Of a stretch of DNA of 64,000 nucleotides, positions 38,200-50,364 are shown one piece after another (positions within the stretch are counted from its first letter, which is position 1; each line of letters begins with the position of its first letter). This stretch comes from Hypanus sabinus. Lineage: Eukaryota. Under the pieces are notes generated by a model. It was not told where the DNA came from. It worked only from the letters and a program-made list of their open reading frames with translations, and did not search any database. The position numbers were made by a program, and so were the translations under genes. Location of the stretch: the NCBI RefSeq assembly GCF_030144855.1, contig NC_082721.1:28644001-28708000 (forward strand). Direction: 5' to 3'.

Positions 38200-39100
38200 A
38201 GTGTTAGCTGTGAGGAGGATGCTAAGAGGATGCAGGCTGACTTGGATAGGTTAGGTGAGTGGTTAAATTCACGGCAGATGCAATTTAATGTGGATAAATG
38301 TGAGGTTATCCACTTTTGTTGCAAGAACAGGAAAACAGATTATTATCTGAACGGTGGCCGATTAGGAAAAGGGGAGGTGCAACGAGACCTGGGTGTCATT
38401 GTACACCAGTCATTGTAGGTGGGCATGCAGGTACAGCAGGTGGTGAAAAAGGCAAATGGTATGTTAGCATTCATAGCAAGAGGATTCGAGTACAGGAGCA
38501 GGGAGGTTCTACTGCAGTTGTACAAGGCCTTGGTGAGACTGCTCCTGGAGTATTGTGGGCAGTTTTGGTCCCCTAATCTGAGGAAAGACATTCTTGCCAT
38601 AGAGGGGGTACAGGGAAGGTTCACCAGATTGATTCATGGGATGGCAGGACTTTCATATGAAGAAAGACTGGATCAACTAGGCTTATACTCACAGGAATTT
38701 AGAAGATTGAGGGGGGATCTTACTGAAACATATAAAATTCTAAAGGGATTGGACAGACTAGATGCAGGAAGATTGTTTCCAATGTTGGGGAAGTCCAGAA
38801 AGAGGGGTCACAATTTAAGGATAAAGGGGAAGCCTTTTAGGACTGAGATGAGGAAAAAATTGTTCACACAGAGAGGGGTGAATCTGTGGAAATCTCTGCC
38901 ACAGGAAACAGTTGAGGCCAGTTCATCGGCTATATTTAAGAGGAAGTTAGATATGGCCCTTGTGGCTAAAGGGATCAGGAGGTATGGAGAGAAAGCAGGT
39001 ACAGGGTTCTGAGTTGGATGATCAGCCATGATCAAACTGAATGGCGGTGCAGGCTTGAAGGGCCGAATGGCCTACTCCTGCACCTATTTTCTATGTTTCT
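38200..39100 (+). mobile_element. CR1-clade LINE, 5'-truncated, relatively young
   Basis: ORFs 38230-38418 and 38419-39012 (KANGMLAFI...LYKALVR...QFWSP...); ATCTT duplication at 38195 and 39101. Confidence 0.95.
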
Positions 39101-39200
39101 ATCTTCAAAGGCGGTACCTCAGGATGGCGGCATTATCATTAAGGACCCTCACCATCCGGGACATGATCTCTTCTCATCATTCCCATCAGGGAACTTAGGA

Positions 39201-39680
39201 TATGTACACAATGCTGGAATAACTCAGCAGGTCAGGCAGCATCCGTGAGAAAAGAGTAGCCAACGTTTCCGGCTGAGACCCTTCATCAGGAATGGGGGGG
39301 AAAAGAGGGCCGAAGCCCAGTTATAGAGATAGGGGAGGGGGAAGGGCTAGAGGCGGCAGGTGGAGAACCAGAGGAAGGATAAAGGGGGGAGGGGATAAGC
39401 ATGAAAGAACTGTAGAGATAAAGGAGCAGAAAGTTGAAAGGGGAGAGGGGCAGAGAGGGACCTAGGATGGGGGGAGGGGGAGGGAATTACCGGAAATTGG
39501 AGAATTCAATGTTCATACCACCAGGTTGGAGGCTACCCAGACGGTAGATGAGGTGTTGCTCCTCCAACCTGAGTTTGGCCTCATCATGGCAGTAGAGGAG
39601 GCCATGTATGGACGTATCTAGATGGGAATGAGAGGCAAAGTTGAAGTGGGTGGCAACCGGGAGATCCTGTGTATTGCGAC
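39201..39680 (-). mobile_element. Penelope-like element 3' fragment (GIY-YIG end plus hammerhead-bearing terminus)
   Basis: LPVATHFN...RLEEQHLIYRLGSLQPGGMNIEF; minus-strand CCTGATGAAGGGTCTCAGCCGGAAACGTT at ~39262-39291; imperfect TSD GGAACTTAGGA/GGAACTTAAGA. Confidence 0.9.
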
Positions 39681-40288
39681 GGAACTTAAGAACAGCTTCT
39701 TCTCCTCCGTTATTGGATTTCTGAGCCATCTATAAACCCAAAAACACCACCTTGTTATTCCCCTTCTGCATTACCTGTATTTATATATTTTACTTTTTAC
39801 GGCAACTTATTTATACCTCGCACTGTACTGCTGCACAGAACAACTAATTTCACGGCACACGTCAGTGATAATAAACCCGAGTCTGGTCACATGGATTTAC
39901 TGTGTGTGGTTTTCCTCTCATGTCCCAAAGATGAGGTGATAGGTTAATTGGCCAATAAAATCAGCCTAACTGGGGTGAGGTGGTGCAGAACCAAGTTAGA
40001 GTTAATGAAAGGGAACAGGTTACAGGGCAACCAGGGAGAATGGAATGATGGGAATGCCTGTGGAATAGATGCGTCCGATGGTCCCTGCCTCTGTTGGAGT
40101 GAGCAAGAGCTCTGAGATGTCTTAATGGTGGGGAGGATGTTTTAGAAATGGTCCTTCTCCTTCTCAGTTTAGGCTGGAGAGACGTCTGAGAGGTATTAGT
40201 GTTGGGGCAAATCTTGCTCCCCTTCCTCTTTGCCACTCCATATCTTGTATTGGCTCTGCCCATCCGATGTTTGCCATCAATGCTGTGG

Positions 40289-40714
40289 CTGTTAGAGCGA
40301 GTTTTGGAATTAGCACATTTACATCGAGCAAATGACTTCGGCGACCAGCCATCACATCTGAATTTGAATTGTGGATTTAATTTGGAGTGCAGCTCTGAAC
40401 AATGGGTTCCTAAAAGCTGAGAATCCCAGACCAGACCATGCTGATTAAAATTCATTTGGATGTCTGTGGCGTGGGTGCAAATCAAGAGGTGTGAGGTTTG
40501 TGTGTAGTTTCAAAGAAAGCATTGTTGATACAGTGTAAATATGGATTTGTCCTTTGATGTTTAGCACATAAAATATTGAGCCCCACATTGAGCCAGCGAG
40601 ACCTTTCAACCGAAAATGCTTCCATATGATACCTGCTATACCCTGTTTTCATGAATAAAGAAGCTGCTTCGTATCTACCAGTACTTCTCTCTGATTACTT
40701 CATTCATGCAACAA
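40289..40714 (+). repeat. Left arm of long-range inverted repeat (partner 53964-54456)
   Basis: Reverse complement aligns on both sides of the N gap; ~40369-40453 is nearly identical to 54300-54385. Confidence 0.9.
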
Positions 40715-40764
40715 TATTTGCAATGCACCTTGATACCGGCACAGGAATACCCCGCCAAAGCAAA

Positions 40765-40900
40765 AGGCAAAACACTGCAGGTGATGGAAACTGAAAGTGA
40801 AAATGGAGAATGCAGGAGAACTGAGCAGGTCAGGCAGCATCTGTGGAGAGAGAAACAGATTTCCTGTTTCAAGTTGGCAGTCTTTCATCAGGACCAGGAA
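40765..40900 (-). mobile_element. Old Penelope terminal fragment
   Basis: GCAGGTCAGGCAGCATCTGTGGAG...TTTCAAG...TTTCATCAGGACC (degenerate CTGATGA...GAAA on the minus strand). Confidence 0.65.
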
Positions 40901-41319
40901 AAGTTAGAGAAGTGCAAGTTTTAAGCACAGAGACAGGGCATTTAGGGGAGTGAGGATGAGCTGGTAGAGGAAAGAACAAAGGGAATAACTGAAAGGATAG
41001 AACTTTGAGGAGATTAATGAGACTGAAGGTGCCAGTGAAAGAAGTGGATGAAGGTACAGGGAAGGGAACAAAGGTGAGGAGGGGTGAGTTTATCATTGTT
41101 ATTTTCTCCATAGGATGAGGGTGTAGAAAGCAAGGCTACTGTTTCCCACTGCTGAAATGAGTGCCCAGCTGGGCAGTTTCAGTTATAATTCATCCACCTC
41201 GGTGAGTCTATAGTCAGTCAGAGGCCAGCAGAGGACAAGAGGTTTCCTTCCAGAAGGGACAATTGTCAACCAGGTGCATTTTTTATGATGTTGCTTATGA
41301 ACACCTCCTCCCCGTGGAA

Positions 41320-41515
41320 AGCACAGATTTTCCCCAGGTGCTCCAGTTTCCCCCCACAGTCCAAAGGTGTCCCGGGTAGGTTAATCGGCCATTGTAAATT
41401 GTCCCGTGATTAGGTTTGGGTTAATGTTGATTGTGGGGTTGCTGGGATGGCCAGGCTCGAGGGGCGGGAGAGCCCTACTCCACACTGTTTTGCTAAGTAG
41501 ATGAAATAAATAAAT
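41320..41515 (+). mobile_element. V-SINE-like body and tail
   Basis: GTGCTCCAGTTTCCCCCCACAGTCCAAAG...GGTTAATCGGCCATTGTAAATTG; (AAAT)n tail. Confidence 0.75.
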
Positions 41516-41999
41516 ACCAAGTCTTGAAAGCTTTGCATTGCGAGTATTAAATTATTTAACAATTAACTATTTAGCTAGTTTCTCAGCTATGCATTGGCTG
41601 CTGTATCACGTAAACTGCTGAATTCAGAGTTTAGTCTGAAAGACTGCGGTGTGTTAGATTGGAAGATTAGGTGCTGTTTCTCCAAGGTTATGACGAGCGT
41701 CACTGAAATAATGAAATAAGAAAGTTCAGAGTGTCTCATGGAATCTTGTGCACTGACTTGCTTTCTGTCTCAGTCACTATCCAAACCCTCAAACCTCTCT
41801 AGGTGAAGTAGCTCCTACCAGCTAAAGCCTCTACCTCTTGACCCTACGTGGCTGGTGATGGGAGGCAACGTATGTCAAAATACCCATGTCATCCCTTGAA
41901 ACTGATAACTTCACCCTGCATTATTCTAACAGAAACCCTGTTGTTCCTGCTTCTCCTTCTCAGTAAGCATCTCCAGTACTGCATGTAGCCCTTTTGCAA

Positions 42000-42250
42000 T
42001 TGCCCAGAGGAAAATGTTGTCAGTTTGGATCTAATTCCAGGACACTGAGCACGAATATTCACACCAACATCTCAGTGCATTACTGTGACAAGGGTGCACT
42101 GCCAGGGGGTTCTATTTGTGGCTGAAGCCATATATCAGCATCGAAACTACTCCTTGAGGTAGATGTGAAAATCCCATGCCAGCTATTTTGAAGATGAACA
42201 GAAGAATTATCCTTGGCATCCAAGTTAGTGCCTAACTTTCAACAAGCACA
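42000..42250 (+). mobile_element. Old Deu-domain SINE remnant
   Basis: CAGTGCATTACTG...GTAGATGTGAAAATCCCATGCCAGCTATTTTGAAGATGAACAG resembles the Deu core. Confidence 0.55.
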
Positions 42251-42842
42251 TAAACATTTGCACGTATGAGGAATTTGTGTGATGAACAACATTCAACAAT
42301 TATAAAGAATAAATTATATAAAGTTAGAAGTGTGGATATGGAATAAAATGTGCATAAATACATCAATTGTAGCACTTTCCAGAAGGGGCTTTCAGAAAAG
42401 GAAATTTGCTCAGTGGATAGTGTCCGTAATGATTTTTTTCTGTCTAGATAATTATTAACATACCTGGGAGCTTTCTGTGGTCACATTGACTCCCACAGTG
42501 CAACATTGGGTACACCTTATTGACCCTGAAGCACATCTGGACACAATGAAGTTGTAAAGTGTGCAGTCTGAAAGCAAACTTTCCTTTTTCTTGTGTAGAG
42601 TTATTGTTTTGCTCCTCGTCTGGGCCAAGACAGATTCTTGAGGGCACATTTACTGATACTGGTGGGGAGATTTTAAAATACCTTGGCAGGGGGTTAGGAA
42701 GCTGAGTAAATTCAGAAGAGAGTAAAGCTGAGTTGGAAATGGAAGGCAGAAGATTAATGATAGAATATGTAAGGCTTGAAAATAGAAATAAAACTCTAAA
42801 GGGAATATACTTAAATGCAAGGAGTACTGTAAAATAGGACAA

Positions 42843-43215
42843 GTCAGAACCAGATTTACTGTCACTGATGTACGTCGTGAAATTTGTTGTTTTGGGGCAG
42901 CAGGTACAGTGCAAGACATAAAATTACTATGTTGAAAAATAAATAAATAGTGCAAAAGACAAATAAAGAGGGTGTGTTTGTGGGCCATTCCGAAATCTGA
43001 TGGTGGAGGAAGAAGGAGCTGTCCACGTTGAGTGTAGATCTTCAAGCTCCTACCTCCTGCCTGTTGGTAGTAACGTAAAGGGGGCACGTCCCGGATAGTG
43101 AGGGTCTTTAATGATGAATGCTGTCTTCTTGAGCATGCCCACAATGGCGGGGTGCATTGTGCCCATGATGGAACGGGTTGAGTCTACAACCCTCTGCCGT
43201 CTCTTGTACATTGGA
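42843..43215 (-). mobile_element. Rex1/Babar 3' fragment
   Basis: IIKDPHYPGRAPFTLLPTGRR; AATAAA/GATTCT-type 3' end seen in reverse. Confidence 0.8.
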
Positions 43216-43999
43216 GACATGGCAATGAGGGTATAATGATATTTTAGCTTCAACTGAAAGGGGTGCCAGGTTCAGCCTTCCTTGTCGCAGGATTTTCAGG
43301 CAATATTCAGAAGGCAGTAGACAAGAAAGGAAGGAAGATGGCTCAAAGAAAGGCTCAGCTGTACAGAGGGATGAATTGTTAGGGTCATTCAATTACATTC
43401 TATAGGTTGTGCAAAAGAAGAACTATAGTTTGGGAGAACTGTATACTCTAGAACAGGGTAGGAAGACAAAACTGAAAGCAAGTTTCTGAACAAAACTAGG
43501 GCAGTGATAGTGGGTGATTTAACTCAATGAAACACTGGGATACATCACCATCAACTTCTAAGGTAGTCCTTTGGGATTGAAGATGATTTGCTACCCATCT
43601 GGTTCTGTAGGCTCTGAGGTGTTTGTGGGTCTCACAGACTCTGCCTCAGATGGATGTGCCTGGCGGGCAGGCATGAGGGTAGTTTGCAAGCTGGCGCTAT
43701 TTACGCCAGGCTATTGTGCTTCCAAAGGTAATCGAGATTCTCAATGTTCCTTTGAGTGGTTGTAGGTTGGGAATTCCCAGGAGTTAGTGGAACGTTGCAG
43801 TTCCTTAAGAAGGTTTTGACATTTCATTGAATCTTTCCTTCTGTCCACTTGCTAATCTCTTCTTGAGGCAAAAATGACTAGTTAGTCTTGGAACGATGGG
43901 AGATCTATAAGAAAGAAATTCACCACTTTGGAGCAAACATAATTCTTCAAAGAGAAAGGGCGGGAATGCCAAAGCTAAGTTTCTGGAGAATTGTGCATT

Positions 44000-44900
44000 C
44001 AGTGTAGCCTAAATGGATTTTAGTGAGTTTTTTGACGAGGTTAGAAAGTAAAGTACCACTGGAATACAAGGGAAAGTGACAGTGGATTCAAGCTAGGCCA
44101 GTGGTAGTAAGCAGGAGGCAATGGCTCGTGGCTGTCCCTACTAGCTGGGTTCCACAAATTCCTTGCTTTTGTAAACGGTCTAACAAGGCGGTTGCTGGAG
44201 ATCACTGCAGGAAGGTGCTGATGTTCAGATCAGTGGGTACACAACAAATGAGTGTGTGAATCAGTGGGATCTTACAGCGTAGTCCATAGATTCTTAAAAA
44301 TAGCAGGAGAGAGCAAACAGGTAGCGTGCAGAATGCTTTCCTTTATTAGCGGAGAACTAGAAAATAACTATAGGTAAGATAAACTATAATTGAAGACTGA
44401 GACTGTTTCAGTTCTGTGTGTGTTTCTATTCACTAAATTACAGGAAAGATGTGATTGGACAGGGAAATTATAGAGGAGATTAATGAGATGTTGCAGGGAC
44501 TGGAAAATTGCAACTATTGGCAAGACTGGATGTGCTGTTGTTTTCTTTGGCTAAGGGGGTGAGGTAATTAAAGGATAGGAAATTATTAGGGGCCAAAAAC
44601 AGTTAACAGGAAGGACCTATTTCCCCTTGCAGAGGGATGAAAAACCAGGGGGCATAAATTTAAAATAATCAGCAGGATTAGAGGGGAAAGAATGAAACAT
44701 ACTTTTACACAGAGGGAAGTAGGAGCTTGGAACACATTGCTGGGAAGGAGAGACAGAGGCGGAAACCCTCGTCACATTCAGACATTAGTTGGTGGAGCGT
44801 GTGAAGAACTGTGCCCTGTGTGGGTTCGGAACTTGACGCCTGAAGGTGTGGTTTGGCTGAGTGCTCTGTTTCCGATGGAATAGTCAGGATGGGCTGAATA
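44000..44900 (+). mobile_element. Degraded CR1 fragment
   Basis: FTQREVGAWNTL; ACAGGAAAGATGTG; CR1-like 3' end. Confidence 0.65.
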
Positions 44901-45418
44901 GTCTTCTCGATTTTAGTGCTCAGAACAACTGCTGGATGATGTGTCCAGTAGCCAGATCCAGAGAAGTGAATGAGGAAGCCTAGAGACAGAACCCCCAGCC
45001 ACACATAGCTGACGTGTGATCTGACAGCGATGATAAAGTACTGCTAAGCTGGCAATCCTGAGGTAATGGAAATTTACTTCCTTACCTTGGCTGGGGCATA
45101 CATGACCCCAGATCCTAATCATATGGTAGATAGTTAACCAGCCTCTGAAATGTCTCAGAAAAATTCTGATATTGATGGATTACACAAGATAGGTCTTGGC
45201 ATTGCTAGTGATAACCATATTCATTTATAACCATATTCTACAGATGACTAAACAGGATCAGCTTGCCTCAGACACTGAGGAGGTAGAAACCATGTGGATG
45301 GACACTGTGTGGTGACGTAACAAAGCACTGTGTATGTAGTTCACAGCATTCGGGAGGCTGGGAGGCTTCTCTGGTCCTGCTGAATCTCTCCATAGCAGTA
45401 GAAGAGACTGCTTTTGGA

Positions 45419-45553
45419 GCAAACACAAGGAAATCTGCAGTTGCTGGAAATTCAAACAACACACACAAAATGCTGGTGGAACACAGCAGGCCAGGCAGCA
45501 TCTATAGGGAGAAGCACTGTCGACGTTTCGGGCCGAGACCCTTCGTCAGGACT
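45419..45553 (-). mobile_element. ~135-bp Penelope-terminus insertion with intact hammerhead core
   Basis: 13-bp TSD GACTGCTTTTGGA (45406-45418, 45550-45562, overlapping the element end). Confidence 0.88.
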
Positions 45554-45554
45554 G
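45517..45554 (-). ncRNA. Minimal type I hammerhead ribozyme motif
   Basis: Minus strand CAGUC-CUGACGA-A-GGGU(CUCG)GCCC-GAAA-CG-UC|GACAG: both conserved core boxes, stem II, palindromic ACGU stem III, GUC triplet, stem I GUC/GAC. Confidence 0.8.
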
Positions 45555-46439
45555 CTTTTGGACGCGGGTTCTTGGTGACCCTCCTAAACCAAGCTGCAGT
45601 CTGCCATGTCTGCAGTTAGTTGCATCAGTAACCTTGACAAGAGCTCTGAATCAATGCTTGTTGGATTCCCTGAGATCTCCTGTGTCCCCTTCCTTGCTCA
45701 CTTCTCCTCACTCCTAATCCCTCCTGCCTAGTATTCCAGCAAGCACCTCCCACCCCCACCCGATTTCCTTGTCCAGTGACCTGAAAACCAGACAGAGGTA
45801 GCTGTGCCCCAGTTCCCTGCCATAATTCTCATATTGACTACACCTCCAAGCAATGTTCACTGACTACCCCACTGCAGGGCAGCCAGCGATCTCAAATGCA
45901 ACCTTTGTTTTTGCAGATCCAATGATGGAATGCTTTTCCCTCAATTCCAATAACAACCTGGTGATCAGCTCACTGGGCACAGTGGGACTTTTCTTTCTGA
46001 AGAGCAGGAAGTCTAAAGGTTGATGTCTGTAAAGAAAGGGAATGGGTTAGTGACCCCCCCCCCCCCCACAGCTTGTCCGTTGATGCTTCTAGACGCTGCA
46101 GTCAGAGGCAGGATGGAGGAAATATTGACTACATTTAGAAAGCAGAACAGACTGTCTCATGCTGGAAAAGTGATATCTGTGCAAGAACAAATATGTTTTC
46201 TTTAGCTATTAGCAGGTTTGGAGGGATGGAAATCCAGACAGACAGACACTGCTTCCTTCAGTCAGAGGTTGTGGGATGTTTCATTAGAATACCAGCAGTA
46301 ACATTGCAAAAAATAAAATCTTGCACCTTACCTAAACTGAGGCCAGCCTAACATATGCTTAAACTATTTCAATTAAAAATTATGATGGGGGGGTGTAAAA
46401 TTTCCAAAATTGGCAGATTAACATAGAAAAGCACAGAGT

Positions 46440-46535
46440 GACAAGCGCTAGAAAATCTGCAGATGCTGAAAATCCAAAGCAACACACACACAATGCAGGA
46501 GGACCTCAGCAGGCCAAGCAGCATCCATGGAAAAG
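46440..46535 (-). mobile_element. Truncated Penelope terminal fragment (no hammerhead retained)
   Basis: AAAATCTGCAGATGCTG...CAGCAGGCCAAGCAGCATCCATGGAAAAG. Confidence 0.75.
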
Positions 46536-47776
46536 GTTTGGAAGAATGCGGAGAGACTATGTAAATAATAGAGACACGATTCCAAAAGGAACATAGGAGC
46601 AGAGAAATCCGGGGAGATGTGCAAAACTCACTGAAAGTGGCAGGGCAGATTGAAGTCATGGTTACAACACTGCGTGAAAAAAAATAAGAGCAGGAAGAGA
46701 TTATCTGGCCCTGTAGACAGCAAAAACAACCTATGGGGCTTCGAGTGGGGTAGACACCATTACAATATTCATACTGAACCATATAAGGAGGTATTAGAAC
46801 AGCTGAGACTTAAGAAGGCCTGTTTGAAGGAGTGTCTTTAAGGAGCAGAGTGAGATAGAGAGGTGAAAAGGTTCAGAGATGAGTTGAGATTTCCAGTATG
46901 AGGTACTGCTGTCAATGGGGGAGCAATGGAAATCAAGGATGGTCAACAGCTCCCGACTACATGAGTGGAAATCAGCTGCTCACTGAGTCCTCCCAATAGA
47001 CCTCCACCCAAATAATTTTTAAAGTAAAGTCAGGTGTACTATTAGGAACGGAGCTTACCTGAGAGGCTCGACATCACCACCACAACTTAAGCGAGTTAAA
47101 TACTCTCCCAGATCATATTTCATCTGGTTTAATCTGCCTCCTCCGTCCAGCACTGCCATTCCACTTCAAAGGAAAACACACATTTTACTCCTGTCACAAA
47201 ACCAATTTGTTTCCACCGCTGAGAACTAAATGAATGAAGTCTATTCACTCCCTCACACTGAGCCCTGCTCCCTCATCACAACTTCAGAAACAATTAAGGC
47301 ATGGCAGTTTGACAGGTAGAAGAAATGCTCGCCTTCCTCACTTTCACTTTCTGCCCTGAGCTCGGGGGCTGTTCATCTTTCAAGGGGTTGCTTGGAAACA
47401 GTTTGCAAGAAAGGATTACTATTATCAAGGAGATACTGAGACCTAAATGCAAACAGAAAACCCTGGAGATTCTGAACGAGTTTGCAAGGAGAGAATCTGT
47501 TTAACACTACAGCTCCATGACTTTTCACCTGAATGATGAAGTTAGGAAGCAAGCATCTGATGAAAGATCACTGGCCTGAATTGTTAACCCTGTTTCACTT
47601 TATACAGAAGCTGACTGATCTGATGAGAGTTTCCAGATTTTCTGTTTTTTATTTCAGATGTACAACGTGCGGTTTTTTTGTTTTGCTCTTTGATGAGGAG
47701 ACTGGTCCAGTTGTCGTCATCAATCTCTCCGATACTTTTCTTAGATTATCTTAAAGTTGCTGGGAAAACTACCTCG

Positions 47777-47909
47777 AACACAAGGAAATCTGCAGATGCC
47801 GGAAATTCAAGCAACGCACACAAAATGCTGGTGGAACGCAACAGGCCAGGCAGCATCTATAGGGAGAAGCACTGTCGACATTTTGGGCCGAGACCCTTCG
47901 TCAGGACTG
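47777..47909 (-). mobile_element. Second ~135-bp Penelope-terminus insertion; hammerhead core CpG-decayed
   Basis: Closely similar to 45419-45553; GAAACG changed to AAAATG; imperfect TSD CTGGGAAAACTACC / CTGGGAAAGTTACC. Confidence 0.85.
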
Positions 47910-48817
47910 GGAAAGTTACCCAATGTCACCTGAGGTTTGATGGGCAGGATATTCCAGAAGATACTTGAGATGACTGTGCTATTTTGCTGGTAATAACTGG
48001 TGCTTAACCAGATGATTTTTGTTGCCCCTTCTTATTGACTTGAAGCTTACACTGTGAACATGTTATCACACCCAGACCATGCAGAAGCAAAAGTGATGTA
48101 AATCTTTTCTCGCAGGTGATGCGTGATTCTCACAGTCTAACAAACACCTGCCAAAATGCTGCACAGTGTAAAGAGGAAAACCGCAATGCTACCAGCATGA
48201 TTACAGGAACATTGGCGAGATCTTACTCTGCTCACTTGCAGTAGCTCTTTTTCTGCCTCATGACAGTTGCCGGGACCCCTAAAACAGCATTAACTTCAAA
48301 CTCTCACTACAGGCCTCTCCAATGGAATATTCTGCCTCCACCCAATCACTCCCTCCCATTGCTCTGTCGGATTTGGGAGTACTATCATCTCCAGCCGGGT
48401 GCCCACCTTCCCACTTCCCGTACTTGTGAGAAAGGTACGCCAAAGGTGAACACCATTTCCAGGCCGAGTCTCCCGCCCCAGCACTGTGCCGTGGCAATAG
48501 TGTGGGAGTTCAACCCTCTCAGAGCAGCAGCACAGAGGGAGTGAGAGGGATCAGTGGGATCTGACGGTAATTGCTGAGCAAGAGACACACTATCATAGGG
48601 GCAGGACTGAGGGAGAGCGGATGGGCAGTGGTGAAGGGATGGTGCGCCACCAGAAGCTCAGCTGGAGATGTGTCCCGTTGGGTGGCACTCTAAATTGAAA
48701 CCCATTTCCCCGACAGGGAAAGATCAGGGATATTACCATAGAGACCTGCTCACTCACTTAGAGGTGGACAGCCTTGCCATTACCATCTCCTGCTGGTGAA
48801 TGGATTGAGAAAACATA

Positions 48818-49370
48818 CACACAGCGGCCCCTTTATTGGGTACCTCCTGTACTGAACAAAGCAGCCTCTGAGCAGACGTTCATGGTCTTCTGCTGCTGGA
48901 GCCCACTCACCTCGAAGTTCAACATGCTGTGCATTCACAGATGCTCTTCCGCACACCACTGTTGTAATGCGTGGATATTTGAGTTACTGTCGCCTTCCTG
49001 TCAGCTTGAACCAGTCTGGCTATTCTCCTCTAACCTCTCTCATTCAGAAGGCATTTTTGCCCACAATACTGTCACTTACAGAATGTTTTTTGTTTCTCGC
49101 ACTATTCTCTGTAAACCCTAGAGACTGTTAACCCCTGGGGATCTACAGTTCCTAAGATACTCAACCCCCCCCCCCCCGTATGGCACCAGCAATTATTTCA
49201 CAGTCAAAATTACATAGATCACATTTCTTCCCCGTTCTGATGTTTGGTCTGAACCTCTTGACCATGTCTGCATGCTTTAATGCATTGAGTTGCTGCCATA
49301 TGGCAGGCTGATTAGATACTTGCATTGACAATCAGGTGTACATGTGTATCTAACAACGTGACACATGCCT
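48818..49370. mobile_element. Tc1/mariner-type non-autonomous element (MITE)
   Basis: Degenerate inverted termini CAGCGGCCCCTTTATTGGGTACCTCCTGTAC ... GTACATGTGTATCTAACAACGTG; interior resembles fish Tc1 non-coding sequence. Confidence 0.6.
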
Positions 49371-49404
49371 GTGCATGTGTGTCCATGGAGCATATATTGA
49401 ATCA

Positions 49405-49840
49405 CAATCAGAATCAGGTTTAAAATCACCGACATATGTCGAGAAATTCATTAACTTTACGGCAGCAGTACAATGCAATACGTGATAGATAAATAAATAC
49501 AGAGAAACAACACTAAATTACAGTAAGTATATATATGTCTATTAAATAGTTAAGTTAAAGTAAGTTGTGCAAAAAAAAATTTAAAAAGTAGTGAGGTAGT
49601 GTCATGGATTTGATGTCCACTGAGGAATCAGATGGCAGAGGGGAAGAAACTGTTCCTGAATCGCTGAGTGCGTGCCTTCATGCTTCTGTACCTCCTTCCT
49701 GATGGTAACAGTGTGAAGAGAGCATGTCCTGGGTGGTGGGGCTCGTTAACAATGGACACTGCCTTCCTACGGCACTGCTCCTTGAAAATGTCCTGGATAA
49801 TATGAAGGCCAATACCCATGATGGAGCTGACTAATTTTGT
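49405..49840 (-). mobile_element. Rex1/Babar 3' fragment
   Basis: ORF 49628-49819 (-) IQDIFKEQCRRKA...HPGHALFTLLPSGRRYRS...FRNSFFPSAI. Confidence 0.9.
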
Positions 49841-50098
49841 ATCAGACAGCTAAATTTCACAAGTATTTTACGGGGTTTACCTATTCCTGACTGGAATTCC
49901 AACACTAAAACATATATAATGCATTAAACACAGGACCCACTGGTGTGCAAAATGGTTCCATTCTGTGAAATTCATTGTTTGCCTGATTGATGACTTATGG
50001 ACAAAAAGCAATGACAATTCCAGCATATGACCTCCATTGCTTCCAAATGTAAGCGGCAATGTGGCTGTGAGTTTCCCTTTACTATCTCCCATGTAGAT

Positions 50099-50364
50099 GT
50101 GAGATCTCATTGGCTTGGTGAGATCTCATTGGTTTGGTGAGATCTCACTGCCTTGGTGAGATCTCACTGGTTTGGTGAGATCTCACTGCCTTGGTGAGAT
50201 CTCATTGCCTTGCTGAGATCTCATTGGCTTGGTGAGATCTCACTGGCTTGGTGAAATCTCACTGGTTTAGTGAGATCTCACTGGCTTGGTGAGATCTCAT
50301 TGGCTTGGTGAGATCTCACTGGCTTGGTGAGATCTCATTGGCTTGGTGAGATCTCATTGGCTTG
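50099..50364. repeat. 14 x 19-bp tandem repeat GTGAGATCTCA(T/C)TG(G/C)(C/T)TTG with palindromic core
   Basis: Counted 14 units; core TGAGATCTCA is self-complementary. Confidence 0.97.

Larger units (their letters stand above)
38076..40090 (+). mobile_element. tRNA-derived SINE (HE1/V-SINE-like) split by nested Rex1, CR1 and Penelope insertions
   Basis: Head 38076-38180 (...TGTGTGGAGTATGCACGCTCTCC); body resumes ~39888 (GGTTTTCCTCTCATGTCCCAAAGA...GGTTAATTGGCC). Confidence 0.65.

Noticed and set aside
38419-39012. 197-aa ORF as a host gene
   Set aside because: It is the C-terminus of CR1 ORF2 in a 5'-truncated copy.
39961-40485. 174-aa minus-strand ORF overlapping the inverted-repeat arm
   Set aside because: Non-ATG start, runs into a SINE, no recognisable domain, and the other arm differs by indels.
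48230-48790. Possible degraded RTE endonuclease remnant on the minus strand
   Set aside because: Only faint motif resemblance; not supportable without alignment.
50099-50364. CRISPR-like array of palindromic repeats
   Set aside because: Linkers are 7-8 nt and near-identical, there are no cas genes, and the context is eukaryotic.
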